Shown here: positions 13,348-27,817 of the stretch, in pieces
How positions within the stretch are numbered: the first letter of the stretch is position 1
Layout of the letters: each line of letters begins with the position of its first letter
Assembly: GCF_009914755.1 (NCBI RefSeq)
Contig: NC_060947.1
Length of the DNA: 64,000 nucleotides
Source of the DNA: the human T2T-CHM13v2.0 reference genome, Homo sapiens
Strand: one strand, 5' to 3'
Notes under the pieces: generated by a model
Told to the model about the DNA's origin: nothing
The model's input: the letters and a program-made list of their open reading frames with translations, nothing else
Databases searched by the model: none
Program-made: the position numbers and the translations under genes

Positions 13348-14535
13348 TGATGTCTCTCTTTTCAATAGTGAATAAAAATTCAATGAATAATGATAAAACC
13401 ATTTCATGATTGGCCACATTTTTAATCAGCTGTTTCTATTATCAGCACGATTGCTCCATCTTCCAAACACAGCTCTTTCAAGAAATATTATTTTCTGTAA
13501 GCTTTAATGCTTGATGTGGTTTTTTTTCAACAGGTTTTTTGAAAAGTGTGAAACAAAAGGATTATATCTAATGATTATTTTCTACATATTGGGACATAAA
13601 GTACATAGGTCATTTCCAGGTGCAGCCTGGAGTCACAAACAAAATGATGACTTTCATAATTCAACTTATGAATGTATGAAACTGACTCTGAACTGAATGT
13701 TAAAAGGGTATGTAAAGAAGTGATAGCAATCTAACAGGTTTAGCTGCCAGTAGTAGATCATAGATTTCAAAAAAGGACATCTTCCCTAAAATGAAGTAAG
13801 TGGATACTTAAGTTGTACTTTACAATGTATTTAGATTTTGGGGGTGTTAAATTCACATTGTTCACTTGCGTATAGTTTCATTGCAACCATTCAGTCAAGA
13901 ATATTCCGAATATCCATGCAAAAACCCCCTAAATTATTTACTCATATGTGGCTGGTCTGTTTTCCTCTAATAAAGAGTATCAAAAAACTATGAGGTTCTC
14001 AATACTCTGACAATAAAGATAAATCTATAAGGATCCTGACTTTTAAGCTATGCTGAAATTTACTTTCATCCTCTTGTGAATCAATATCATAAAGATGTAG
14101 GTATATAGAAAAAAAAATTCCTACATGGAAACAGGTCCAAAGAATGACTGCATATCTCTTCAGCGATATATAGGAACATTGATTTAATGGGGCCACCAAT
14201 TTTGTTTTTAGTTATTGAAATGAAGGTAATTTTCTTTGACTCACTAATTATGAATTAAGGCTTAGACTATGAGAAGTCACGCATTAACTTGTAGAAGTCT
14301 AATAAGTTGCAAATGGTTAGTGACAGGTAGGAAAATAAAATGACCTCAAAGGTTACAGCTGTGTTGCTCCTTGAAGCTTTAACTACTTTTGGATATAATT
14401 TATCCAAATGATTTCTGCATGTTTTCCCTCACATTATGTAAATATCTGTATCTCAAAGGCTTATTTAAGTCAACTGTGTCATTTTGCTATGTGCCTGGTG
14501 TGATGGTCAATTTTTGTGCTTCTTACAACATTTGC

Positions 14536-14735
14536 AACCGACCCACTCTCTATGAATACAAAAAAATTAGCCAGGCATGGTGGTGGGTGTCTGTAATTCC
14601 AGCTACTCGGAAGGCTGAGGCAGAGAATTGCTTGAACCCAGGAGGTGGAGACTGCAGTGAGCCAAGATCATGCCATTGTACTCCAGCCTGGGCAACAGAG
14701 CAAGATTCCATCTCAAAATAAATAAATAAAATAAA
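14536..14735 (+). mobile_element. AluS, 5'-truncated (linker plus right arm)
   Basis: aatacaaaaaaattagccaggcatggtgg...ccatctc followed by an (AAAT)n tail. Confidence 0.9.
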
Positions 14736-15911
14736 TATTTGCTTTCAGTTTATTCTAAGGGGTCAATAATATAGATTTCTTTGGTGTGTTTTTTTCCTTA
14801 AGAAGAACAAAATAAAGGCTGTACTTACTAGATTTTAAGGGTCATCCTGTTTAGATGCATTTTACAATAATAGTTTCCATGGACTATGGTACCATACGGT
14901 TAAGCATATTTGTATTGTTCTTCTTACCTGTAGTTGTTGAGTGAACTTTGGTGTGTTGTATAATTTTTCTAAACCACTCAGCTTCTTAGTTTCCAAAATG
15001 AAGTTCTGATGGCACAATGCAATCCTGATCACCACTTCTATCAATGCAAGTGGCCCAAGATTATAAGTCTAATCCAGCGGGAACATGAAGTCCTTAGGTT
15101 TGATATGTTGCATTTGGACTAAGAAAGATAAGAACATTTGCTATCTTTAATTTTTCTCTTACCTATCCTGCAATCAATTTATCTTATAGAATTACTGGCT
15201 TGTCTATAATAAAATACAGAAGCAATGATTACTTTTGGACTTTATTGTTCAGTATTTCATGGTGAGTTTACCGAGTGAATGTAGTTAAGTGCTGTTATGG
15301 AGATATTATACTTTAACCAAAGTGGTTTAGTTGGTTTCATATATCATGTAGTGCTATTGTTCTAAATTCTGTTTGAATTTGGAGTTTGCTTATGAAGCCA
15401 AGGGAAATTCATACCTTGTGGAACTCACTCAAGGACATGATAAAAATGAAGAATCAGTCAAGAAAGCAGTATAGCTTTGATGTACTTCATCTCTGAGTCA
15501 TTCTAATTGGCTTCTGGTTTCTATCAGTGACCAACCGATGCTTAAATAAGTGGTGAAAACATTGCCTTCACCTCCGAGGCTGGCGAAATGATGGCTCATT
15601 GGTTCCATGATAATCTGTTATAGACCTTCTGCTTGAAAGTTTATTACCCTTGTGTTGGCCTTCAACAGAAACATGATTAGTTTTCAAACCCTTGTTTACT
15701 AAACTCAGTCACTCTATGCAGCTTTCTCTAGTGGAGTCAGTAATATACTTTATAAATGGATTTCAGATATCTAAATAGAGATAGCCATTTAACTCCTTGA
15801 CAACAAATTCAGTAGAAGGAAGACAAAAGAATAGTCCTTAATTTACTAGTGAATGACCACATTAGCGTTGTTAGAGAAACCACTTAACTGATCTTTATTG
15901 AATAAGCCTAG

Positions 15912-16350
15912 GGTGTGTCCTGCAGAGGGGAGAAACAGGAAGTGTGTCAGGCACATGCGAGAAACAGAAAGTATGTCCATAACAGTGGAAGAACAGGAAG
16001 TGTGGCCTCTTCAAGGAAGAAAGAGGAAGTGTTTCCTGCACTACAGAGACACAAGAAGTGTGTCCTGCACAGGGGATAAACAGGAAGTGTGTCCAGCACA
16101 GGGGAGGAAGAGAAAATGTGTGTTGCATAGGGGAGAAACTGCAAGTGTGTTACCCACAGGGGTTACAAAGGCAGTGTGTTCTGCCTAGGGGAGAAACAAG
16201 AAGTGTGTCCTTAAAAAGGGAGAAACCCGAAGTGTGTCCTGCACATAGGAGGAACAAAAATTGTGTTCCCCTGAGGGTTCAGGGGAGACAGAGGAAATGT
16301 GTTCTTAACAGGGGAGACAGAGGAAGTGTGTCCTTAACAGGGGAGAAACG
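15912..16350 (+). repeat. Second array of the 29-bp satellite, ~15 copies
   Basis: gtgtgtcctgcagaggggagaaacaggaagtgtgtc etc.; same unit and orientation as 791-2570. Confidence 0.92.
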
Positions 16351-17221
16351 AAATATTCAGACTATTTCTATATATTTAATTTATATATCTTTGGGTTTGT
16401 TTACATATAGCTGTATATGTGTGTGTTTATACATACATATATTTATTTAAAATAGGCTTGTCTACAAAGAAAATTACCATGTTATCAATATATTATAAAA
16501 TCACTCATACACACATATACATATCTTTCTGAGAAAAATTAAAGACAATAATTTCACCCCTTTTTAGTAGAACTCACAATAAACTTTCAATGGAGATGCT
16601 TTTTTAAGAAAAACATTTAACAATTTTTTAAAAACTTTTTTTTACAAGAAGTTTTTTAAAAACATTTTTTAACTTTAAAGCATTCAGTCCATAAATGTGA
16701 AGTTCAAAGGGCTGTCATCACCACTGTTATTACTGTAAAAATGTGGCGGCCCCCTTCTCATTTTTTCTCATTCATCTATCTTTGATGATTGGATTTGAGG
16801 TAGGAAACACACATTTTAATGGGGGTGGACTGAGAATAACATTTAAAGTGTGATACGTGACTTAACACACACAGACTAGTTTCAAGAATATTGATGACTG
16901 TCCCAACATATGTCTTCAAATGCCTTTTCTCCCCATGCAGATGAGAGAGTTTTCCAGTTCTTGCAGTTGAAGCCCATCTGATGCTGGCTGTGGAATCTAA
17001 TGTGTCTTGAGTTTCCTAGGGTTTGTCTTCTTTAGCTGTGTTAGGACAATGAAGACAAGTCTCCAGGTTGCCCATGAGTCCCTTTATACATTATTCATAA
17101 AGGTTCGATGATAGAATAAATTGCTGTAGTACTAATTCAGGTCTCTCTACAAGCCCACTATAAATCTTTTTCTATTCAAGAAACCAACCATTTATCACAA
17201 TAAATAAGTAAATAAATTCTC

Positions 17222-17299
17222 CTTTTCTGAGAACTCCCATATATACACGTTGAATAAATTTGCATGCCTTTTCTCCTATTAAAAATAAAAATAAATAAA
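17222..17299 (+). mobile_element. Very short polyadenylated retrocopy, probably an LTR-derived transcript 3' end
   Basis: AATAAA 17253-17258, A-rich tail from 17281, 12-bp TSD aaataaattctc (17210-17221, 17300-17311). Confidence 0.7.
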
Positions 17300-18552
17300 A
17301 AATAAATTCTCTTAAGGCATGTGTGTGTGTGTGTGTGAGTCTCTTCCGAAGGAACCTACATTTTTGCCTTCCCAAATGTGTCTGATTCTTCATTTTCCCC
17401 CTTTATTATATACGTATCAATTAAACGTTTTTCTTTCTCGTATCTGAACCATTTTGAAAAGTCGAACCCTCCTTTCCTACAGTATTTCATTAGCCATTTG
17501 CAAACTGAGCAGCTGAAAGAATAATGGACACTTAGATGAGGTTCGACATGGCTTCCCCAAGGAGATCTGACCCTCGATCAAGAGAAGTAGACCCATTTTA
17601 CCATTAAGTTAAAAGATTTAGACACCTAATCAGAATAAATGAAACTACAAAAAAGAAGTCTTATTTTTTTTTTAACCAGAATTGTACATTCCATTTTGTT
17701 TCTGTTAGATAGTTCATTGCATCAAAGCCTGCTGTGTTGGTTACTTTTCAGATCTGTTTTGGTGTGAACTCTGCATTACAATGAATCCAAACATCAGAAA
17801 TCCAAAGGTGTTCTCATGTTAACATTTACTATTAGACACATAATGAAAGCATCTTTTAAATTACTTACTTAAGCCTTACAAAGATCTTTAAATTTTCTCA
17901 TGCTAATTTTAAAGACTTGAAAGGGCCTTTTATAAACTGCTTCTAGAAATAATTGAAATAATTCCAAAAGGGCTAGTAGGCTAGCTAACTTTTGAGGATT
18001 TTGGAGGGGAGAAGTTATGAAAGGAAGAAATTTAAACAGCAGAAGTCTAGAGTGGTAATTGCAGGGAGGGACATACGCAAGGTCATATATATCGCAATCC
18101 TCAGAATGTTCTAAAACAAGACCTGGCATTTATGTTTGTGTTTTCTGTTTATTCTTAATAACACTCAGGTTAGGCAGGAATGTTAGGCTGTTTGTTACTG
18201 CATCTATGGAGCCCATATTTATGACTTCTTACCTGCGAGACATTTCAATCCATTTCATTGCTATACTCTGCACCTGAGAAAAAAGGCTTCCATGATTTTC
18301 TCTTTAGAATGTTTCATCTTTTAAACACACATACATACATCATTGTTTTGTTTCTTTGTTTTGTTTTCTGTGAACAATGATTCTGAAATAAGGGCACTTT
18401 ATTTTCAGTCACATAAATCTACATTATTAAATGTTTGTTTACAGCATTTCCAGCTCACCATCCATGGATGTGAAGGGCATTTACAAACACTAGATGATTC
18501 ACTGACTTTGGGAGAACATACTACCAGCCAACTTGAATAATTGTTTTAGAAC

Positions 18553-18706
18553 TAGACTGTCCTATATGGCATCCGATAGTCACAAGTGACTATTCTACCA
18601 TGAAATAAAATTAAATCAAATTTAAAACTCTAGTTTCTCAGTCACACTATCTGTATTTCAAGGGATCAATAGTCACATTTGGACAATGGGTACTATTTTG
18701 AAAAGC
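18553..18706. mobile_element. MER3/MER33-type hAT fragment
   Basis: tagtttctcagtcacactatctgtatttcaagggatcaatagtcacat. Confidence 0.7.
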
Positions 18707-19096
18707 TAATCCCTGCTCTATTAGTTTCCTGAAACTGCCATAACAAATGACCTCAAACAGTGTGGTTTAAACAAGATTCTTTCTTTCTCTCTCACAGTTC
18801 TGTAGGCCAGAAATTCAAGATCAGTGTCACAGCATGATTGGTTCCTTTTGAAAGCTTGAAGGGAGAAACTGTTCTGTGCCTCCTTCTCAATTTATGGTGA
18901 TGGCTAGTGGTTCTTGGCATTCCTTGGCTTGTGGCCGGATCTCTCCTGTATCTGCCTCCCTCATTGCATGGTATACTTACTGAGTGTCTGTATATCCAAT
19001 TTTTCCTTTTCTCATAAAGACACCAGTCATTCAATGCCTGGCCACTGTAATCCAGTATGAACTCACTTTAACTTGACTACATCTGCAAAGCCCCTA

Positions 19097-19517
19097 TGTA
19101 TTAATCCGTTTTCACATTGCTATAAATAAATACCTGAGACTGGGTAATTTAAGCAGAAAAGAGGTTTAAGTGTCTCAGGGTTCTGCAGGCTGTACAGGAA
19201 GCATGACATCATCTCCTTCTGGGGAGGCCTCAGGGAGCTTTTATTTATGGAGGAAGGCAAAAGTGAGAGCAGGCGTCTCACATGGCACGAGCAGGACAAA
19301 GAGAGAGAGATGAGGGAGGTGCCACACGCTTCTAAATAACCAGGTCTCATGAGAACTCACTCACTATACAGTACTGGTGTGGGGGGGATTGGTGCTAAGC
19401 CATTTATGAGAAATCTGCCCCCATGATCCAATCACCTCCCACCAGGCCCTATTTCCAACAGTGGGGGTTACAATTCAACATGAGATATGGGCAGGGACAC
19501 AGAGTGAAACCATACCA
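19097..19517 (-). mobile_element. MSTA/MSTB solo LTR
   Basis: tgtattaatccgttttcac...aaaccatacca; 5-bp TSD cccta/ctcta. Confidence 0.9.
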
Positions 19518-19561
19518 CTCTAATTTCAAATAAGGTCATTTTCTGAATTATTGCATGTTAG

Positions 19562-21120
19562 TGATGGCAGCGGCAGCCCATCTGGAGAGGCCGCTATAAA
19601 GATGCTGACTGCAGCAGTGGTGGCACCGCCAGGGCTGTATGCTCCACTGAGCTGGCAGAAGCCAGGAACAAGTGGGAGCCCTTCCTCCCTCCGAGTTGGT
19701 GGGGTGGGAGAGCCACCCTCCTGGGCGCAGCTGCAGCCGCCTAGTTGCAGCTGTGGACCTGATCATCCTTGCACTCTCAGGGGCCCAGGAAGTCTCCTGT
19801 AGCCCTGCAGGCTCAGAAGTGCCTGCTCCCACTGCTTGGCCTCTCCCCACTCCTGGAATCCACTCTGATTTTGGAGCAAAGTTGAGGCCAAGCCTGGGCA
19901 CTGTCACAAACCGGCCAGGTGTGTGCATGCTCAGGGCAGTGCTGACATGCCAGCCTCTTGCTGCTTCAGCCACTTCTGAACTTTGGGCACCGATGAGCAT
20001 GAGAGGGAGGCCAAGGAAGGGGCTGAGGGTGGCTCAGGGTGGGCCTGCATGTGCCCTTCGGCATGAACTGCCTGGGCACCAGGGACAACATGACTGATAG
20101 TGGCTGGACACAGACAGGCTCCTGGGTGGAAAGGGGTGGGTCCTCAGTGAAGCCCCACCTTCAAGCCAGAGACAGCCTAAAGCATGGGGTCCAGGCTGTC
20201 AGTTCCAGGTGGAGTCTGTAGACCGGAGTTCCAGGTGGAGTGCTGTTTCTGGGCCCACCCATGGCCACCCATGGACCAATCAGCATGCACTTTCTCCCTT
20301 CTGAGCGCATAAAAACCCCAGACTCAGCCAGACTTGAAGAGACACCGAGACTACCAGCTGTGGGAAGGAGCTGCCCACTGTGAGTCTCCTCTCCACTGAG
20401 AGCTGGACACTCATCAGGACAACTTGCCTGTGGAAAGGAGCTATCACTTTGGGTCACCTGAGATCTGTTCTGTCACTCAATGAGGCTCCTCTCTGCTTTG
20501 CTCATGTTCATGTCCCTCATTCTTCCTGGACGCAGGACAGGAACTCAGGATGTGCCAAATGGTGGGACTGAAAGAGCTGTAACACAAACAGAATTGAAGC
20601 ACGCCCCACTGCTTGCCACATTGTGGGTGACGAGAAAGAGAGAAGAACTGCAGCTCTTCAGGGAGCCCAGACCTAGGGGTTCCCTGATCCAGGGCTGTGA
20701 CACTTTCTTTGGGGCTCTGTGGTTCCTGGCACCTCCAAGCTTCTGGGAACCACCAAGTTCCCCTTATCCTCATCTAGATGTGGGTGCTTACAGTGGAAGC
20801 CTCATACAGTACATCTGCTGTAGCTGCAGCCTCACATGGAGCCAGCACCTGTGCCAGCGCCTGGAACTTCCCACCCTGGCATGGCTAGCTGTGTGCAGTG
20901 GCTGGAACTCGTGCTTGCTCTCCCACACACCCCTTGCCACTGTGCTAGTGGCTCGTCCTTTGCAGGTGTGGGATCCAGGCTGGTAGTGCCAACTGAGCAC
21001 ACCCTGCTGGGCCAAGTGGGCAGAATGAGGCCAGTGGGTGTGAGCAATACTCAGGTAGAAGGCATCAATGGCCACAGAGGTTTCCAGCTGGTGAAGCAAC
21101 ACCCCAAAGATCCCGTGACA
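19562..21120 (+). mobile_element. MER52-family ERV1 solo LTR (~1.56 kb, GC-rich)
   Basis: TG...CA ends (tgatggcagcggcagccc...gatcccgtgaca); perfect 4-bp TSD ttag. Confidence 0.9.
20276..20315 (+). promoter_or_regulatory. LTR core promoter remnant (CCAAT plus TATA-like)
   Basis: ccaatcag at 20276 and cataaaaa at 20308 inside the MER52 LTR; activity unknown. Confidence 0.4.
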
Positions 21121-22055
21121 TTAGGACTGGAAAATAGATTTCTGGGAAACCCAGTTCAACCCCTAACAACATTTCTGAGTCTTTTCTTTCCTGACTACTC
21201 CTGGGGAATATACAGCTTCATTTGGCCCTATGCTTTCACCCTAGGAAACGAGTCCAACACCCATTGCTTAGCATATGGGGAAAAAAAAGTGTATTTAAAT
21301 TGGAGAGTAAGCATACATTTGTGATGATTGTGGAATTCAAGGAATTGGAACAAGGTGAAGCAAATATTCAGCTTCTCCCATCAGCTCTCCTTCTCTACAT
21401 GAAAGCTAAAAGCATTTCATGCCTATGCTTATGCCACGAAGTAAATATCTGGCCATGTCCTCCAGAGACACAGGTATTATTGGGCTTTCCATTCAGCAAC
21501 ATAATTGTGGGCATTAAGATGACTTTTCCCCCAGCCAAGTCTATGCCTGATTACAATTTGAAAGAGGATGGATTCAGTTGAAACAGATATAAAATTCAAG
21601 TAACTGTTCTGAAGTACCATTTGATAGCTTTAGATGGTGATGGGACGCTTTAATCAAAGATGCCACATTGAACTGTGGGCTAAGATGCAGGGAATAACTT
21701 TTACAACAGTAATTGCAGGCTCTCTAGAGTCTGATTGAGATGCTAAAGAGAAAAGTCATGGAGAAGTGGCATTTTTATCAGCATCAATGAAATGCTAAGG
21801 AATCTATGGCTGCTTATCAGAGTTCCTGACTTATTTAGGGGAATGCAAGTGGGAAAATGACACCTTGCTGGACATGTAAGATCTATTCAGCGAAGCAACT
21901 CTAGGCTTGACCAAGAAGAAAGATGTTATTCCTAGACTACAGGATGCAGAAAGTCTGGGTGGCCAAATAGGGAGCAGATAACATCTTAGGCTTCTGAAAT
22001 TCAAATTCGCAGTCAACTGAATCTGTTGACACAATATCCTTTTCATGTTCACCCT

Positions 22056-23680
22056 CTGTCTTAGCTTTCCACAGCTGCTATAACACAGTACCACAGACTG
22101 GGTGTCTATAAAAAATTATTATTGTATAATAAATTAGACCATTGATTGCATCAATATCTGCTGTCTTATAATAATTTATTATCTGTTTATAATAATTTAT
22201 TATAATATAATAAATGTTATAATAAACATTACATTTATTGTATGTGTATAATAAGTATTATTACATTTAATATATGTGTCTTAAAATAAATTATTATATA
22301 ATAATAAATAAGAGAGTTCATTGCATTAATGCTTGCTCTTATAATAATAATTTATTTATTATATGTCTATAATAATAATTTATTATGAATATAACATTTA
22401 TTATAACATTTGTCATAAAAACTTAGATAATAAGTTATATAATAAATTCATATATTTATAATAGTAAATTATTATATAATAAATTAGTTCATTGCATCAA
22501 TGGCTGCTTCTTATAATAATAATTTACTTAGTAATATCTGTCCATAATAGTCACTTACTATTAATATAATAAATTAATATAATAATAAATATTTTAATAT
22601 AAGTGTCTTAAAATAAATTATTATTATATCATAAGTTATTATATAATAAATTAGATATTAATAGTTCATTGCATCAATGCCTGCTGTCCTATAATAATAA
22701 TTATTATTTATTTATTTATTATATGTCTATAATAATAATTTATTATAAATATGACATTTATTATATTTGTCTTTAAATAAATTATTAATATATAATAATA
22801 AACTATCATATAAAGATATACATTTATAATACATTACATAATAAATCAGTTCATTGCATCAATGCTTGCTTTCTCATAATAATAATTTACTTAGTATTAT
22901 CTGTCTATAATAGCTTATTAATGTAATAAATTATTATAATCAATATTATATTTACTATATTTGTCTTAAAATAAATTATTATTTAATAATAAATTATTAT
23001 TTAATAATAGATTATTATATAATAAATTAGTTCATTCCATCAGTGCCTGCTGTCTTATAATATTTATTATTAGGCCTATAATAATATATTAATTTGATAA
23101 ATTATTATACGTATTATAAATGTATTATATTTATGTTAAGTTCTGGTTATGCAATAATAAATTGTTATATAATAAATTAGATAGTTCATTGTATCAGTGC
23201 CTGTTAATAATGGACACTTCTATTAATGGGGTGTCTTATAATAATAATTATTATTGTTTATTTATTATAATATATTTATGACAATAATTTATTATAAGAT
23301 ACCCAGTCTGTCCCACACTTCTGGACAGTAGACATCTGAAACCAGCATGTTAACCAGGCATATCCTCTCTGTCCAAAACTTTGCAGAGAATCCTTTCTTG
23401 CCTCTTCTGAGCAGATGTTGGTGGTCATTAGTCTTTGACATTGCTTGGCTTGTGGCTGCCTCAGTCCCATCTCTGCCTCCATCTTTATATGGTCTTCCCC
23501 TGTGTCTCTTCTTATAAGGACATCAGGAATAGTGAATTAGGGGCCCACCTGACTCCAGTATGACCAAATCTTAACTAATTACATCTGCAAAGACCCTATT
23601 TCCAAAGGAGGTCACTTTCTGAGGTTCTGGGGGATAGGACTTCAACATATCATTTTTGGGAAAATAATTTGACACATAAC
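22056..23680 (-). mobile_element. MLT1B/C LTR split by an AT-rich array (pieces ~22056-22120 and 23312-23680)
   Basis: gctgctataacacagtaccacagactgggt ... cacacttctgga...acatctgcaaagaccctatttcc...cataaca. Confidence 0.85.
22120..23295. repeat. AT-rich tandem array, ~7 units of 154-185 bp
   Basis: Anchor agttcattgcatcaatg at ~22140, 22315, 22486, 22663, 22848, 23029, 23183. Confidence 0.9.
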
Positions 23681-23876
23681 ATTCTCTATATAAAACAATC
23701 TGACACAATCTTTATTAACTTTGAAGGTGTGAACTCCAATATGACTATTCTGGCATTCCCAAATACTGAAGCCCATATTTACTACTCTGTTCTCAGAAAA
23801 GCCCATATAACTTAATATCCAGTTAATTTCTAATCTTCTCCTGTTTGTTTGTTCTTTGATATCAAATTCAGATTTC

Positions 23877-24164
<288 letters not shown>

Positions 24165-24620
24165 CAGATTTCTTTTTTGTTAACTTTTATTTTAGATTCA
24201 CGGGTACTTATGCAGGTTTGTTGCATATTTCTTAAAAGAAAGAAATATTTTATAAGGGTTCCGTACTTCCCTAAATTCTACAAAATTCTTAGTCTTTAAC
24301 CATATTTTAACAACCACTCATATAAGCCACTCTTCTCTCTGTTGCAGGAAATGCAGTAAAATACCCTTGGCTTAGTGATTCATTGCTCCCTGGAAAGTTT
24401 GCGTATTTGCTTTCTCTTTTCATTCACATGCGGTTTTATTTATAAAGGACCACAGCCATGTTTTTGAAGTGCAGTGAAAACTCTGCTATGGCCTGAACTT
24501 TTCTTTTCCCCCAAGATGCATATGTGATACCTAATCCCCGATGTATTAGTATTAGGAGGTGGGGCCTTTGGGAGGTGATTGGGTCATGAGGGTGGAGCCC
24601 TCATGAATGAGATTAGTTCC

Positions 24621-25968
<1,348 letters not shown>

Positions 25969-27817
25969 TCATCTAAATCAAGAAGCAAATCCTCCCCAGA
26001 CGCTGAATCTGCCACGGCTTGATCTTGAACTCCAGCTTCCAGAACTGCAAGCAATAAATGTCTGTTGTTTAGAAGCAATTCAATCTGTGCTATTTTGTGA
26101 TAGCAGCTTGAATGGACTAAGACATTCTTGGTGGGAAAATTCTCAAATGGGGAAGATGCTAATATCTCTTCCTGCTTCTGTTCTGTTCTATGAGTGATGA
26201 GTCCAGGCTCAACCTGGCTTCTTCAGCAGGAGTGCCGCCTAGACATTGGGTTGCCTTTAGTTGCTTCCTCAAAGCATCTGGTCATAGATCTGTGTAAAGA
26301 ATCCTGGTCTTGAATCTGTGCATGATGCAATCAGCATGAGAGTGAATACATTGCCCCTCTGCAGAACTGCAGAATGTCTGAAGCTGACTCTTACCCTTAA
26401 TTGTACTCTGACAAGTATTTATTGTGCAGCTGACAAATACCTAATGCTGTGATAACTACAATGAAACACACCCACATTTATGTTCTGAACTGTGCTATCA
26501 AGGAGTTTACATCTTGGGAGAGAGGAATGGAGAAGAAACAGCATTGTGTTCCAATAGAAGTCAGAAAGTTTCACATCCAGACGCTGTTATTACCTGGGGA
26601 GGGATCGCGGGCAGGTTCTTTAACCCAGAATACTCTTCTATGTATATTATGATTCTGAGGGCTTTCCTAAGCAAAACATTCTATGAATTTACAATGAAAC
26701 CCATGAATAGTGAGGCCGGGATGTATAAATTGGTCTTCCGTGGAGTATAATCAAGTGTAAAAATATGTCTGCAACAGACAATAGGGATCCCTGCCTGTGC
26801 TTGAAGTACCCCCTGCTGATTGGAGGTGGCCACATGCTGCCTGTGTTGCAATCTGCATTTTCAGGAGAGAATACATCTGCTTTGATATGATGGGTTAGTT
26901 AGAACAAAACTGACGATCCTTCTGCCTACGGTTCTGTATATCATCCTGGATTTTTGAGCCCAGTCTGTAAAGGAAGTTTGCTACTGATCTCGTCTGAGCC
27001 AAGATGGGGGTAGATTTTCCCAGTAGCTCAGTTATGAATTCCTTCTATGTATTTCAGGACATGTCTGTCCTGTGTCAACATAATAAAGCCTTAATTCAAA
27101 ATAGCTGCTTAACAAAAGATGAACCACAGAGGTGGGCACATTACCCTTCATCCCATATTTCAGAGTGTATTTGTAGACTGCGGGTGAAAATTGGCTTCCA
27201 GCATGTGAGTTTATTATTTAGTTCTTGGGCTCTGGTGAATTTAAACTTGGCGGGAACACCACCAGTGGTGAAAGGAGGAACAATGACAGCCTTCAAGCAG
27301 CAATTCTTGTCTTCCTTTGATCTTGTCTGCTTCATACCTGCATATTTATTCCAGTTTGGTGATTCAAGAAATATGAGTATCTATATTCCAGAAATAGATT
27401 TCTTTATAAACTCTGTTGTGTGGGACCCGTAGCCAAGTCGTGGGAATTTGAACTGGGGCAGTCCGCAAAAAAACACAATGATGTTGGAAAGTAAAAGTGA
27501 GGAAATTTCTTTACATGAAATGTGAAGACCATGAAAGGTGTTACAAATATGGATTTGATGAGCCTCAAACCTACAAATATAAGAAGAATGATCAAGGATG
27601 ATACAGGAAAAATACAAAGTGGTAGCTGTATGCAATCCAAAACAATCAAAATAATATGAAGGAAAGTAGAATTAAGCATTAGGAATATAAAATAGAGGGT
27701 GGATATCAACATGAGATGGCTATAAACCTATCATTAATTAATTATGGAGAAAATGAAGTTGTTCCTTTGATATCTTATATGCAAAGCTAGTGAAATGCTA
27801 CCCGGGAACATTTAAAT

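Larger units (their letters stand above)
18718..21168 (-). mobile_element. MLT1B/C LTR in three pieces (18718-19096, 19518-19561, 21121-21168)
   Basis: attagtttcct...ctcacagttctg...acatctgcaaagcccta | tttcaaataaggtca | ttaggact...ttcaacccctaaca. Confidence 0.85.

Noticed and set aside
15494-15500. AP-1 site TGAGTCA ~410 bp upstream of the second ETS array
   Set aside because: A single 7-mer is expected by chance several times in 64 kb
19548-21324. Cluster of 140-168-aa ORFs in GC-rich DNA, resembling a gene or CpG island
   Set aside because: They lie in or start in the MER52 LTR, show no recognisable domain, and CpG is depleted
27004-27432. 142-aa ATG ORF in non-repeat DNA
   Set aside because: No recognisable homology or exon support; length is compatible with chance
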